A stretch of 64,000 nucleotides of DNA from Octopus vulgaris (GCA_951406725.2 OX597829.1:34038001-34102000), one strand, 5' to 3'; positions 1 to 13,260 are shown, counted from the first letter of the stretch. The notes: a model not told the origin generated them from the sequence alone. Made by a program: numbers and translations.

Positions 1-245
1 ATGGATGTGATATATCTCAACCTTGCTAAGGTCATTGCCGGTGCAAACTATAGCTCACAAGAGATACAGTAGAATTACATGATGGTTAATAGAGAAAGTA
101 AACTTTGCATGTGGCATAAGTGCAATAAATATTAAGAGCACATAGGAAATAGATGTTCTAGAATACTCAGGAAGCAGATACAGTAGATAGTTTCTCTTAC
201 CTAAGAGACTTAATGCACAGTGGAGGAAATGTTCTAAAAGTACTG
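1..245 (+). mobile_element. Heavily degraded LINE reverse transcriptase fragment
   Basis: Starts MDVIYLNLAK (cf. CR1-type DVIYLDFAKAFD). Later gatagtttctcttaccta resembles the RTE DSFCYLG motif. Confidence 0.35.
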
Positions 246-439
246 AGTCATCCCATAAATAATGCAGTTTTTTCAAATGCATGAACTAAAAGAAAAAGGG
301 GGACAGGATAAACTATCTGCTTCAACTTGCTATAAAAGCAGGTAATAATTTAACCTTGTCCTTATTCTTAGCGCAAGTTTCGAAGAGCACAGTTCAATTT
401 TAACAGTTATTTTTTCAAAGCTATAATGGAACTAACAAT

Positions 440-840
440 AATGGAACTAACATATTTTGCTTAATGAGCTCAATTAATAAGCAATGGAAAACGTGAGGAA
501 TATTAATGTAGTATATGAGGATCGGACAATAAGCACAAGCCAGTGTAAACGATGGTTCCAAAAATTCCAAGCCAAAAACTACAGCTTAGAAGATGAGCCT
601 CATCCTGGAAGATCTTTAGAGCTCAATGAAGATGTCCTGCAAACCCTGGTGGAACAAAATCCCATTGTAACTGTTGAAGAACTAGCAGAGAAGCTTCAAT
701 TTGGTCATTCAACAATGCCAGAAGAAAAACGGCCATCTTTGGTTTCAAGACAACTGAGGTTCTTCCATCAGGATAATACTCAGCCACATACAATGAGAAA
801 GACATTCCAAAGGCTGGAGTAGTTTGAATGGGAAAAGTGT
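440..840 (+). mobile_element. Mariner (Mos1/SETMAR-like) transposase relic, internally deleted
   Basis: ORF 484-822 has the HTH region QCKRWFQKFQAKNYSLEDEPHPGRS...ELAEKL joined directly to FFHQDNTQPH (HDNARPH motif). WVPHEL and the first catalytic D region are missing. Confidence 0.85.
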
Positions 841-844
841 CCCA

Positions 845-908
845 TATATAATATATGTATAAAAGATATATATATAGAATATATATATATATATGTATAT
901 AATATAAA

Positions 909-985
<77 letters not shown>

Positions 986-986
986 G
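845..986. repeat. (TA)n microsatellite
   Basis: Direct reading. Similar (TA)n runs occur at ~1718-1762, 13316-13358, 32193-32225 and 47040-47075. Confidence 0.95.
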
Positions 987-1714
987 TAAATGGATGAGTG
1001 AATTATCCTTTGTTTACTGTTAACATGGAAAATTCAATAAACAGTTACCAGGGTAGTAAAATTCACGCAAGTAACAAGGATACAACGACCTATTCAAAGG
1101 TAGAAACTCCGAGTTAATGTGCAGTAATTTGTATAGTATAAGTAAATAAATGGAGTTGAATGCAGATGCTATTCAAATTCTTTTACTTTCAACATATGCT
1201 TTGAAGACAACATTGGTTTTATTCCAAAGGGATAAACTGTGTAAAATAATGCAATCTTCTCATCAGGAAAGAAAGAGAAGCTATCTCAACTACAAGACAT
1301 TATAACAATTTTGCTGACTGCATAAATGATAAACAGAACACTATTAAGTATTTTTAAAAAATCATTAGTAGATCCGACTTCAAAGGCAGACCCTAGGAAG
1401 AGAAGGGGTAAAGAAATAATAAGTAGAGAACAAATAAAGAGGGATATATTGGTTAAAAAATGTTCAAAGGCTTGGAAGTAGATTTCTCTATTGAAGTAAA
1501 GTGCAAGTTGAACTAAATGTTCAAACTATAAAGACTGGTAAAATTACTTATATGAGCTAAAGGTATGTTTCTGCCAGTGCTTACATTTGTAAGATCGCTC
1601 TATAAGTGTGCTAGCAAGGTGATTATTAGAGAAGAGAATATGGAAGAGTTCAGAGTTGCAAATGTTACAAAATCCTTTGCCCTTATCATAAGGGAAAGAT
1701 ATGGACAGGATGAA

Positions 1715-1715
<1 letters not shown>
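987..1715 (-). mobile_element. Penelope-like element 3' end (GIY-YIG C-terminus plus terminal repeat)
   Basis: Minus strand reads FPYDKGKGFCNICNSELFHIL...YKCKHWQKH, matching the PY..CNLCLSEK..CRH ending of the PLE at 20000-20960. Bases 987-1258 recur at 31667-31933. Confidence 0.7.
1186..1271 (-). ncRNA. Degenerate minimal type I hammerhead ribozyme
   Basis: Minus strand: ctttc-CTGATGA-gaagat...gtcttc-AAAG-catatg-TT-gaaag. Stems I and II pair and stem III is palindromic. The paralogue at 31865-31887 keeps GAAA-catatg-TC. Confidence 0.7.
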
Positions 1716-1766
<51 letters not shown>

Positions 1767-2464
1767 CACATTATCTTTAAGATAGTATATTTTACATTTT
1801 ATATCATTGTATCACATATTCCTAAAGTGTACATGCATAGGTACACACATGACATGCAGGAAGGAACAGGGTTTAATGAAGAGTGCTGTGTGTTAAGAAT
1901 CAGAAGACAGTTGTTTCACTCTTTAAGAGTGGTTTAAGGAAGATTTAACTGCTATTAAAAAATATTACATGCATTATTAAAGTATACCCAATATATTTTT
2001 CATGTATATTGTTACTGCAACTATTATATGTTATGCATGTGTTTTCTTCATTTATTCTATAATCCCCAGGTTATTCCTGAGATTTTACTGAGTCCATCTG
2101 GTATATTCATTTCATTAGAAAATCCTACAAATTATGCTCTGAAAGTCTGGTGCCTTCATAATGGTTGTGATGGATCTGTATTGTCTGTTTTTTGTGTTAC
2201 TGGATAATTAATTATTCACTTTCTGAAAGTATTAATGAATATCTATGAAGTAATGCTAATTTTGAAAGCAACTGTTAAAATTAACATTATGAAAAAGTTA
2301 ATTAACTTAAAGAAATATATGTACCTGTATAAATGTTTGTTTTTGAATCTATTGCTGATTATTCTGTTTCTGCTGAATCTTTTTTGTTCTTTGATGTCAA
2401 GAAAGTTATAGTTCAAGTATGCTTTTAATATTATGTAATTTGTCCAGTCCCTATTGAAGTCATA

Positions 2465-2720
2465 ATCATCATCATCATTTCATATCTATTTTTTATGCTA
2501 GCATAGGTTGGGCAGTGTAACAGAAGCTGGCAAGACAGAAAACAATGCCAGGATTCAATGTCTGGTTTGGTATGATTTCTGTAGCTGGATGCCCTTCTTA
2601 ATACCAGCCACTATACAGAATGTATTGTATGAACTTAATGTGGAACCAGCACAGTGTCATGGTTCTTCAGCTGGATGCCTCTTATAGTGCCAACCATTTT
2701 TATGTGGCACCAGCACCGGT
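2465..2720 (-). mobile_element. RTE LINE 3' UTR fragment with (GAT)n tail
   Basis: catcatcatc...gctagcataggttgg...gctggatgcccttc, the same family as the 3' end of the RTE at 15110-16940. Confidence 0.75.
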
Positions 2721-3449
2721 GGGGGTCTCTGAGTAACTTCCAGGAGCAAGACCCTTGATTGGGGAGAAGTTAAAGTATAATAGAGATAAGTGTCTTGCTG
2801 TTGAGGAGATACATGGTCACCTAGTTAGGAAAGAAAGGATAGAAAGGGAGGGAGAGAGAGCCAGAGAGGAAAATAGGGAGACGTGGCTACCCTAATTGGG
2901 AAAGAAAAAAGAGAATGGAGGATAAAAAGAAGTTTATATACCCAACATGTTTGTGCATTTTATAGTTCAACTTGTGCTGTAGCAGGTTGCAACAAGCTAA
3001 CCTGCTGTCAAACTTCAAATTCACTCCAAGTTTTTTTTAAATGATTGTTTTTACTGTTTCCATATTTTGTAATTCATGTGTAAATGATGCCAAGCCTGAG
3101 GTGTTGATAAATACTGTTTGCTGCTATTTCTGAAATCTGTTTTGTTGGTTTCATATTTCATTGCCAGAAGTCTTTCTAAATTAGAACTTCCTAGTAAGCA
3201 ATGTTCTTTGTGGAATGTTTGTCATTTGGTACATATATGTTCCCCATTACACATACAATTAGCTTAGTCAATTGTATGTAAGAGAATAATTGCTACATTA
3301 GTCTTTAATTTTAATGTGTGATGGTAAACCTGAAATATTTAGCATATTTAAGTGTAGTGAATTCTGAAGGGTCATCCTGATGTGAACATTGATCATGACT
3401 AAAGAGAACTTGACTAAAATATATATTTTGTATCTTATATATATATATA

Positions 3450-3557
3450 TCATCATCATCATCATCATTTAACAAACGCTTTCCATGCTAGCATGGCTTG
3501 GATGATTTGATTGAGGTCTGGTGAACCAGACTCCAATCTGATCTGGCAGAGTTTCTA
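3450..3557 (-). mobile_element. RTE LINE 3' tail fragment
   Basis: (cat)n-ttccatgctagcatgg...gatctggcagagtttcta. Confidence 0.8.
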
Positions 3558-4004
3558 TATATATATTAATATCTATTTTAAAGAATATATTTATATTTGA
3601 AAAGATTATTTACATATATTTATTAATTATTTTGTTATTGTAGTTATTTTTACCCTGATAAGTGGCTATATTTATATTGAAGTGATTTTACTACTGCTAC
3701 TGATATTTTTACTCTAATCATTTCTTAAATATAGCCACAAAACACGTGCTGTTATTCTACCAAATATATACGTTTTATTTATTATTTTGCACATTACTTA
3801 ATCATCGGTATATTATTTTTTATCGTTTATTTAATATTTCTATTATATGTAATTTTTTAGATGCTGTAATTTAATTTGTTTTTTTCTAATTTATATATAT
3901 ATATATATATATATATACATTATATTTTGTGAAATTTGATTTAGTATTTCTAAACTGAATTTTTCCCTGTAAGTTTGGAATAATATTCCCTCAAATTATT
4001 ATTA

Positions 4005-4012
4005 TTATATAC

Positions 4013-4067
<55 letters not shown>

Positions 4068-4245
4068 CATACATACATATATATACATATAAATATATAT
4101 AAATATATATACATATACATGTATACATATGCATATATATACATATACCTCTATATGTATACATCTATATATACTTACATATGTGAAGATGTATATATAC
4201 ATATATACATGCATATATATATTACATATATGCATTTATATAGTA
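4005..4245. repeat. Compound (TA)/(TACA) microsatellite
   Basis: Direct reading. It generates the YIYI/MYVC ORFs in the track. Confidence 0.9.
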
Positions 4246-4399
4246 AGTGATATAATAGTTTCAGTATTAATATTAAAAGTACTAAAACTGAAAGTATTTC
4301 ACATTACAATAGAGATGTTATTGTTTCACTTTTGACATGTAATACTGAAATAGTGTAAGAAATGAGATTGTTCCGGGCTCACATTAGGCAAGAAGAGTC

Positions 4400-4525
4400 T
4401 CATAGAATAAGTAAGTACCAGACTTAAAAATAATAAGTACTGGGGTTGATTTGTTCAACTAAACCTTTCAAGGCAGTACTCCAGCATGGCTGCAGTCCAA
4501 TGACTAAAGTAAGTAAAAGATAAAA
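4400..4525 (+). mobile_element. Octopus tRNA-derived SINE, 3' part
   Basis: agaataagt...ggggttgatttgttcaact...ccagcatggctgcagtccaatgact...gtaaaaga. Shared with copies at 44200, 46005 and 49336. Confidence 0.75.
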
Positions 4526-5512
4526 AATATTATATACACATATCTATATTGATTGCTTGTAGGAACATTGTATTTCGTTTAGCCACCATAATATACTACC
4601 AATGTATTAAAGGTTTATAAGTCAATCCTGTGTCGCACTTTTGTGTTGTTTCAGATATCCCATAGAATTTAGAGCCAGCATTGAAAACTACAGCATTTTG
4701 TATGCAAACACATCTATGTAAACAATGCAATTAAGACAGAAAAATAGATAATGAATGTATATGCATATTTCAAGAGTTATTGCTCCTTCTTCAGTATCAC
4801 ATCAAACTCATTAACTACCCAGCAATACATTGCTTAAATAGTAAGTAGAGCAGTGTATGTACATGCCAGTTGCAAGGATGTGTTTAATATGTAAATTGGT
4901 ATCCCCAATAGTGCTACATGATGTAATTGAACACTAAGGGTCAATATAACTGACTATCCCCTATCCCCAAAATGTCAGGCATTGTGCCTGTAAGAGAAAG
5001 GATTATTACTTATACTCTCTTTAGTGCTTTCATTCTTGCTGAAATTTTTCAAAAATTGTGAATTGTTATGTGTATTGAGTGAGGGATGTCAGCTGTTTGT
5101 TGAAAATGCCAGGAATTCAAATACCTTTGATAAATTTGTTTGCTTGGGTGTGGGGGTTGGACAAAGAATGTTTGGGACTGATCAGTTAAGATGTTTGACC
5201 CGTTTTGTGTGTGCATGTGCTTGAGTGACATAAATGTTTAAACAAAAGACAAGCAACTTTTCAGGAGGATTAACTTTTTAAGCAGTTTAGGCGGCAAAAA
5301 GGCCAGCTATTTATTGATTTCCGTGTATATAAAGAAATGTCAGCTATTTATTGAAAAATGAAACAGAAGACAAAAGATTTCTGATTGGTTGTTTTAGTTA
5401 TAAAATATCTGGCTGTCTACTGGTTTCAATAAATTTTTAGCTTTAATCAGGGAAATCATTAAACAGTTGACTGGTTTTTGTTCAAGATATATGATTTTCT
5501 TTTATTTATATA

Positions 5513-5712
5513 TCATCATCATCATCATCATCGTTTAACGTCCGCTTTCCATGCTAGCATGGGTTGGACGACTTTGACTGAGGGCTGGCGAACCAGATGG
5601 CTGCACCAAGCTCCAATCTTGATCTGGCAGAGTTTCTACAGCTGAATGCCCTTCCTAACGCCAACCACTCAGAGAGTGTAGTGGGTGCTTTTTACGTGCC
5701 ACCAGCATGGGG
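5513..5712 (-). mobile_element. RTE LINE 3' UTR fragment
   Basis: (cat)n-cgtttaacgtccgctttccatgctagcatgggttggacg...gtgggtgctttttacgtgccacc. Confidence 0.85.
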
Positions 5713-6175
5713 TGTGTGCATGCATAAGATTGTTGAAAGCTTTTTTTTTTAGTTATTTGTTTCAGTAACAGCAAAAACATCAGCATCATTAATATGTGGT
5801 GATGGTTTGGTTATCTCAAAAACTTCTTTTGTAATAACATTTTCTGTGTTTCCACAGAGATTTTACACACTCAATTTTAGAAAAATGTTTTTCCATTTCC
5901 TTCTAGTGTTTTGAATCATCCCTTAGGCTTTTACAGAAAACCTGAGATTTGTTATCACAGATTTCTAGATATTCAGCCATGGGATCCTCTGTAAATCTGC
6001 CTGTTTAATCTGTTGTTTTAAGTTATTGCTCATTCATAAAGGATGTTTTCAGTCTGACTGACCACATTTTCTTTGCAAGTGGGACAGGTTATGCAATATA
6101 AAATTTTTTTTGTATTGCAGTTTATGTTTGCATCTATTAGGAAAGAGTATCCACTTTTAAATCTTATTTTGGAGC

Positions 6176-6477
6176 TGTAGGACTGGAAACCTCACCAGAA
6201 GAAAAGGGCCAGTGACATCACACAAACAGCTAAGGGGTCTTACTGGAAAGACAAGAGCAATTGAGGTCATGTGAATAGAAAGACAATTAGTGTAGGCCTC
6301 TTTTGCTTTGGGGCTGTCACTCAAGATGGATATGGTTGCTGTGTGAGTTCAGGAAATTTTCCACTAGATTCTGGTAGGAGGTTAGGCAGATAGGGCACTC
6401 ACAAACATATCCCATCTGGAAAAGATCAACATCACAAGAGGATCTGCAAGGTAAGTGAGTTACATTTTTCCCCCACA
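6176..6477 (+). repeat. 5' LTR (TG...CA)
   Basis: Aligns to 10075-10366 through shared blocks ctttggggctgt, tgtgagttcag.aaatttt, gatc.acatca.aagaggatctg. Confidence 0.8.
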
Positions 6478-9400
6478 ACCCCAAACTTCCTTGGCCTTTG
6501 TGCATTTTTTATCCCTTGTCTGGACAATATATGTCAACAAAAATGAAGATCAGTAATGATGCCATCAGACCCTTCTGTGATGAGAGATGTTATCACCTGG
6601 ATTCAGATGATCAAGGTGGTGACCAGGCTGCAAGACATTGAGGAAATGGCAGGTTTCAAGGCTCCGAACTTGGAGAGAAATACATTGGCACTGTACCTTG
6701 AAATGGAAAAAGTGGACTAACTGGATGTGGAGAAGATGGAACAGTGCTTACAGGGAATGTTTGTGGAAAGGTCACACTGTGTTTGCCAAACTTGGAAAGG
6801 TGAGATGTATGCAGCAGAAATTCGGAGATTAACCACACTCTTAGGGTTTACAGGGGAAGGCCTGGAAAAGTCTGAGTGGCTAGCATTTGTGAATGGCTTC
6901 CCCAACAAGATATCAGTGTGACTGCAACAGTTGCTAGGCAATGACATGATGCCTATGAGTGAACTCATCACTCAAGCTTGTGTCAATATGAAACACCAAG
7001 CAGAATGTTATGGTGCTACCAGCTATGGAAGCCTACGGCATCAGGTGGTGATCAAAGAATGACTAGGAGAGAAGATACTCTTCTCTTTGGGCACATATTA
7101 GCTTCCATTTACCGGGTCTGCCACTCTTACCCACTGCATCATAGTCACCATCCTCTCTCTCCCACTTTGTTCCCACAGCTCTCCTATCCAAAGAGAAGAT
7201 AGGCCTGTGCTTTAAGTGTTAGAACCTGCACATAGTAAGGGGCTGCAGGAAGCCAAAGCCCAAACCAATTCACTACTGATGCAAGTGGGCAGGACATATT
7301 GTCAGCAACTGCAGTCAGGAAAATGATCAAAAGGCAACTGCTGTGCCACTAGCAATCCCTGCAAGCAAACAGAGGTACTTATAAAGTTGCTTCATATAAT
7401 GGATGTCCCAGTTGTGGGGATGGTGTTAAAAGCCCTAATGGACACAAGTGGCACAATGACCTTAGTGACCCCAAAAGAGGTTAAATAATGGAACAGAATG
7501 TGTAGTGTAAGACCAGTTGATGGCAGAGAAATTAGATGTAGAGGTAGTAGTGAAGTGGTGTGAGCAATTGTGGATTGACCATGAGGATCAAGTTGATGTG
7601 GTTGTGGGCATGAATATGATTGGCCACCTAGGAGGTGCCATAGGTAGTGAAGATAAGGTTACAATTGGTGTTGCAGAGGTATCGTGTTCTGTGAGTCTGT
7701 AATAGGTGAGTTAGGAGAGCCCTGAAGAGAAATGTGCTGCATACACCATAGTAGACAAGGATTTTCAGACTGTATTCAACAGCCATCACTGGACAATTGA
7801 AAGGTATTGTAAAGGAGAGTCCCCAACATTGAGAAATAAGGTGAGCTGTTATAAGTTTACCCTGAAATGAGATGCCAGGAGCAAGTTTGAGGGAGAGGTG
7901 GAAAGAGGAGGTACAGAGTGGAGTATTGCTGCTAATGGCAGTGGTGCAGCCAATGAAAAACAAAGTTGGATCGGTACCAGACTTGTGAGAGCTGAACGAT
8001 TTTGTACTGTTCCATACAGGCAGCAATGTTACTAATGTCTGGGGAGAAACATTGTGAAAATGGAGACAGATAACGAGAGCCTTCCACAATTGTCAACTTG
8101 AAGTTGGTATATCTACAGCTACATGTGGCTGAGAAACTATGGAAGTATCAGCTGGTAAGATATAAGGGCCAGACATACTGTTTGACTAGGCTGGGTTTGG
8201 GCCTGAATTCAGCTTCAAAGATCATGGCAATGTTTCTCAAATCTATTCTGGGAAAGGAGGACAAGGTGAAGAAAAGGCACCAGTTACTATATTGATGACA
8301 TCTTAGTGAACGAGACTGTGGTGTCAGCAACAGAAGTCACAGGTCATAAAGAAGTTTGAACTAACCACAAAACTGCCAGAGGAGCTGGACTGGGGTTCAT
8401 ACTGTGAAGAGACAAGGCTGATATATTTTGGAGAAGAAATGAAATTCCAAAATTGGATACCAATATGAACAAGCAAGAACTGTTTCCAATGTGTGGGAAA
8501 CTGTTGGTTTACTAAACAATTGCAGCTTGGATCCCAACAGCATATAGCTACATCAAGAGATAAAAGGATGGGATGAGCTGGGGGAACAAAGTGGGAGAGA
8601 TAGGACAGTGGCTAAGAGAGGGGACGGTGGGTAAGAGTGGCAGACCCGGTAAGTGGAAGCTAATTTGTGCCCAAATGGAGAAGGGAACCACATGGTGTGA
8701 TGCTAGCAGATTAGTAATAGAGAATATTCTGGAAATAGGGGGCACTGAGGTGAAGGACGCCATCTGGCTCAGGAAAATGGATGATTGCAACCACATCAAC
8801 GTAGTTGAATTGGATACAATACCAAAAGGAGTGAATCTGGCCTTGATATAAGGCTGCATACTATCAAGAATTGAAAAAATAGGCCATTGTGTTTGCATGA
8901 GTAGGATAAGTGATCATTCATGAGAGGAGTGTCCAAACAAAAAGAGAAGCAGAGATGTTAATAAAGCTTTACTGAGGGATTCTGGGAGAGCTAACTGCTG
9001 AATTCAGTCTGAAGTTAAGCATGGTCTTTGTGCCCTTGGTAAAGAAATAAGACATACATCCTAACCAAGGCTGGAAGTGCCAGAGAATTTGGAGTGGGGG
9101 ATAGCTGCAGTGTGTTGTGTGAATGACTCGGAGTTAAAGAGAGACTGCCTACCACACATCATGTGGGAGTGGACAGGACTCTATACCTAGCCAAGAAAGT
9201 TGTTACTAGATAGTGCATTCAGAAATTGGTTGGGAGTTGTGACAGATGTCAATCCACCAACTCCACTCCAGGAAACATCTCAGTGAAATATAATGGGAAA
9301 CAATTGGCAGTGGATGTGACTCACTACTGGCAGAGGATATATCTCTTGATGATTGACTGTGAACCAGGGCAGATGGCAATATGGAAGGAAATCAAGATGG

Positions 9401-10074
9401 GGACTGCAGATGAAGCTGCACGAATCCTGAATGTGATATTCCTGGAGCAGAGCCCTGTGGGTGAATTACTGATGGACATCAGCACTGCATTTCACTTGGA
9501 GGTGTTGAAGGAAATGCTTGATGGATGGAACATGAATCACTTCTTCAGAGTAGCATATAGGCTGAGTGGAAATTGGATCATGGAGAGACACCATCACATG
9601 ATCAAAGCCATGGTGGGGGGGGACATATCTCACCAACTGAGGCAGTATTTTGGTATAATGTCACCCAGTGAGGACAGGCTGGGGAGTTGGTGCCATGCAG
9701 AGCAACATACAGATATGAATGATGACATCTGTGTATGGTATCACAGTAAACTGGGAAGAGAGAGGGGCTGCCTTTGTGCAAAGTAGGGAATGAAGTATAG
9801 GTCAAGCCTCCAAATGCTTGTTGCATGTTTCAATGGGGGAAAAGGAATAGTAACAACTGTGAATTCTCAAAATAACATGTCTCTAGATAGAATACCATAT
9901 CATATCTTGGATGTTCACAGGATTGTCAAGTTGTTGGATGACAAAGGAGGAAGAAAGGATGCAAACAGCACTCCATCTCTGTGGAGATGACAAAGGGACA
10001 AGTATCTGCTAAGGTGGATGGTGAATTTTGACATAAAGAGAGATGATGAGGTTATCTTAGAAATCAGGAAGTCA

Positions 10075-10366
10075 TGTGGGGCTGGGGCCTTGACAGAAGC
10101 AAAGGGTCAATGATGTCACATGAATGGTTAAGGCACCTTGTCAGGACAGGAGCAAGAAAAGTCAAGTGAGAGGGAAAACAACTAACATGAACCTTTTTTA
10201 CTTTGGGGCTGTTGCTTGGGACTGATGTGGCCATGTGAGTTCAGAAAATTTGCCACTAGGTTAGGCATACTAAAGGTTAGACATGCAGAACATTCATAGT
10301 TATAGCCTAGATCGACATCAAAAGAGGATCTGTGAGGTAGGTGAGCTGTGTTTTTACCCCATTACA
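10075..10366 (+). repeat. 3' LTR (TG...CA)
   Basis: Diverged direct repeat of 6176-6477, preceded by the purine-rich agaaatcaggaag (possible PPT). Confidence 0.8.
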
Positions 10367-10369
10367 CAG

Positions 10370-11170
10370 GATCCACTTTCCAAATAGTTGAAATGATTCC
10401 ATATCTGCTGTCCCCACAAGCTATTACACGAAGTTTTGGGTTATCCTCTGGCATGAATAACATGAATTCTGGCCTTGTGAAATATTTCTTAAATCTTTTT
10501 TGCTTGACATTCACTATTCATTACACAATTTTCTTTGACAAGACCTCTCATTTTGAGGATTTGAAATAGGATTGGTAGATTTGCTTTTATGAAGGTGGAT
10601 ATATTTTTCATTCTTGGATCATGTGGGTTGAGAAGGGCAATAATATTCTTTTCAACTTTCTAGATGTCCTGAATTGTGATATGTGAATCCCTTTGCTTTT
10701 TTAATCCTACTATCTATTAGCTTCAGGAGGTAGTGTTGAAGTTGTAGAAAGCTTCTAAGTACAATGTGTCAAATTTTACATAATTTTAGATTGCCCACAG
10801 ATACATCTCACCACACAATACAGAATATTCCATTTGATGTGTGAGGGATGGCAAGCGTAAGAATTGAAGTGCTGATATGTGTCTGTTTTCTTTGCAAAAT
10901 ATATTACCCTGGAGTTGTATACTTTTATGTGGATGTCTAAAAGTGGTAGGTTACTTAAATTAGGACAATTAGTTGCAGGACACAATCTCCAACATAACAT
11001 TTATGTCATCTTTTAGATCTATTTTGTAAACCCTTATGCCCACTGTTCCACAGTTGTCTATGAGATGACATGGATTTCCTTAAACTCATTCCATTTATCA
11101 TCCAATAAGAAAGTAATCTAATGAGCTTCAACAGTAGTAACTTTTATATTAATATATTACAGACTTTGGA
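10370..11170 (-). mobile_element. Penelope-like element RT thumb fragment
   Basis: LPLLDIHI...KKTDTYQHFNSYACHPSHIKWNI..VVRCIC (cf. PLE LPFLD...KPTDT.QYL...SCHP.H.K.NIP). Confidence 0.75.
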
Positions 11171-11989
11171 CCAAGAAAATCATATTTCTTTAGACTAATA
11201 TGTTTTTCTTGGTAACATTTTCTCTTTCTCTCACTGAAGTGACATTTCTCAAGTCGGTCTAACAGAGACTTTTAAGTATTTCTATGTTGCATTACCATAG
11301 CTTCTTATCTGTCATACACTGAACCACAACCCTTCATTGTAACATCCAAGCTTTACAATATATTTCTATCAAAAGGTCTTCCTTTGAATTTAACATGAAT
11401 CATCATCTTCTGTTTTAATCTCTTTGAGTTAGTGATTGCTGCCTCAAAGAGCTTTTGCAACTGCATTACATTGTTACATGTACACAATACAAATTTCATG
11501 ACATCCAACATCTAAATGATATGCAACCATACACTTTTCACACAGAGAACTTTTGTCAGACACTGTAAAGCAAGCACAATAAAGAAATACAGAACAAATG
11601 TATACAAAAATAGAGAACAAGAAATTTTCTCTATAAACATTCTACAAATATGTTACCTGAAGCACTTTTTACTAAAATGATATCTTCATTGTTAAAAACA
11701 TTAATTTTAGCAAGAAAAAACAATGGACATTGGACATTTGACTGTTATTTCTCACAATATTTTTATTGATTGTGCTCGATTTTCATTTTTGAAACAGCAA
11801 TGTTTTGCTTGAAACATTCCCGTTTTTCCATTTAGTTTATATATCATGTTTCTTTCATCTCTTATTTTCACTTGCTTTATGTACACTCATTCATATTGAC
11901 TTGAATATTTACATGTCTTTATGCACTCGCTGTACACACCACATGCATACACATGATGGCAACTAACTTTTTCATTCGTTCTTTTCATG

Positions 11990-13260
11990 AAAATTTTAGC
12001 TCTGGGAGTAGTTCCTGATGGACACCTGATAGAACTTTTAAATTCAAGCTTTAGTAGAACTAACTCTCACATCAATTCTACAATCTTGCGGACTTGCTTT
12101 TGATGTCATCAGTTATTTTTGTACCAAGCTTGCATACACATGCTGTTTACACTATTATTTTGCCATTTGCAGTTTTTCTATCTGTTTTTGCAAGAATGTG
12201 TTTTTTATTATGGGAACCACATTCTTTGCTGCACTCTCTGTTAGTTTAGGCAACATATAAGCATACATTTTAACGTGCCTCCAGTGGTTAGTTCCAGCTC
12301 TAAGTCAATGTTAAACTTTAAATCCTAACATCATTCTGTTGGGTACTGTATAAGAGGCATTTCATATTGTACTGCTTCATTTCTTCATTTATCAGACATC
12401 AGTTATGTTTTATACTAGTGAAGAAGTGTGGAGCTTGAGTTTGAAGTCACTATACATCTTACTTTGTGGTGAAATCTTGGAGTTTGTGTTGAAATTTTGG
12501 CTAGAAGGCCATATGTGTGGCAGCAGGATTTCTATGACTTCACCAGCACTAATTTCTGGCTTCCTAATCTCCTTGGTTGTAATCCTTTGGATTCTTCTGT
12601 GTAGGGTGTAGTTGAGAAAGATATCAACTGCTCCATGCAGGCTGCAGCACCAAGGCCAAGCTGGTGGCCAAGATCAAGGAGGTGTTCAAAGATCTTCCCA
12701 GAGACACAGTGAGGAATGCCTGTGCCAGGTTCTGGAGCTGTCTTGAGGGCATCTACTTTGAGTAAAATGTTATCTCCTAGCAATAATCTAGTGGACATTT
12801 TCTGATTTTTTATAATACCTTGGATGGAATATTGAGTTTTCTTTTCCTTTAATGCACACTGTCAGATTTAGCCTGAATATCCTGAGTGCATATATATCTT
12901 TCTAAGCCATCATCTGAAACAGTTCAGTATATCCATGAACTCACCAACTTACATCTTCTACAAAAAAATCTCTCAGATTTCTTCAGGTAACTATTTGGTG
13001 ATGAAATTTCCAGTTACCATTCTGGGAAATCAGATCAACATGATTTAATACAATAACTTCTTTGTTGCCCATAAGGCTATAATTGTACCGTTGGTCTTTC
13101 TGGCATCTCTGGTGCACTATTTTCCTTGTATTAATATATCTCAGATATTTACCAAAAGTATCAAAATGATGTACCAAATGTTTTCTGAGGGAACACTCAT
13201 TTGCCAAAAGTATTATCTGGCTAGGATCTGGTAGGTATTACTAACTGGCTTATTGGACGA
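11990..13260 (-). mobile_element. Very degraded putative retroelement (possibly Penelope-like)
   Basis: Coding-like composition and weak GIY-YIG-terminal-like peptides (RKIVE, LPELK) near 12000-12100. No diagnostic motif. Confidence 0.25.

Larger units (their letters stand above)
6176..10366 (+). mobile_element. Gypsy-type LTR retrotransposon, near full length but pseudogenised
   Basis: Order is gag (two decayed zinc knuckles at ~7205-7315), protease KALMDTSG (~7430), RT (YCLTRLGLGLNSA; YYIDDILV at ~8285), RNase H (WCDAS, HINVVELD), integrase (HMGVDRT, CDRC, AVDVTH, LLMD, GNWIMERHH). Integrase after RNase H indicates Gypsy. Many stops and frameshifts. Confidence 0.9.

Noticed and set aside
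484-822. SETMAR host gene
   Set aside because: No SET domain; it is an internally deleted mariner transposase.
3950-4335. YIYI/MYVC ORFs (also at 1544-1937, 13295-13585, 47020)
   Set aside because: (TA)n and (TACA)n artefacts.
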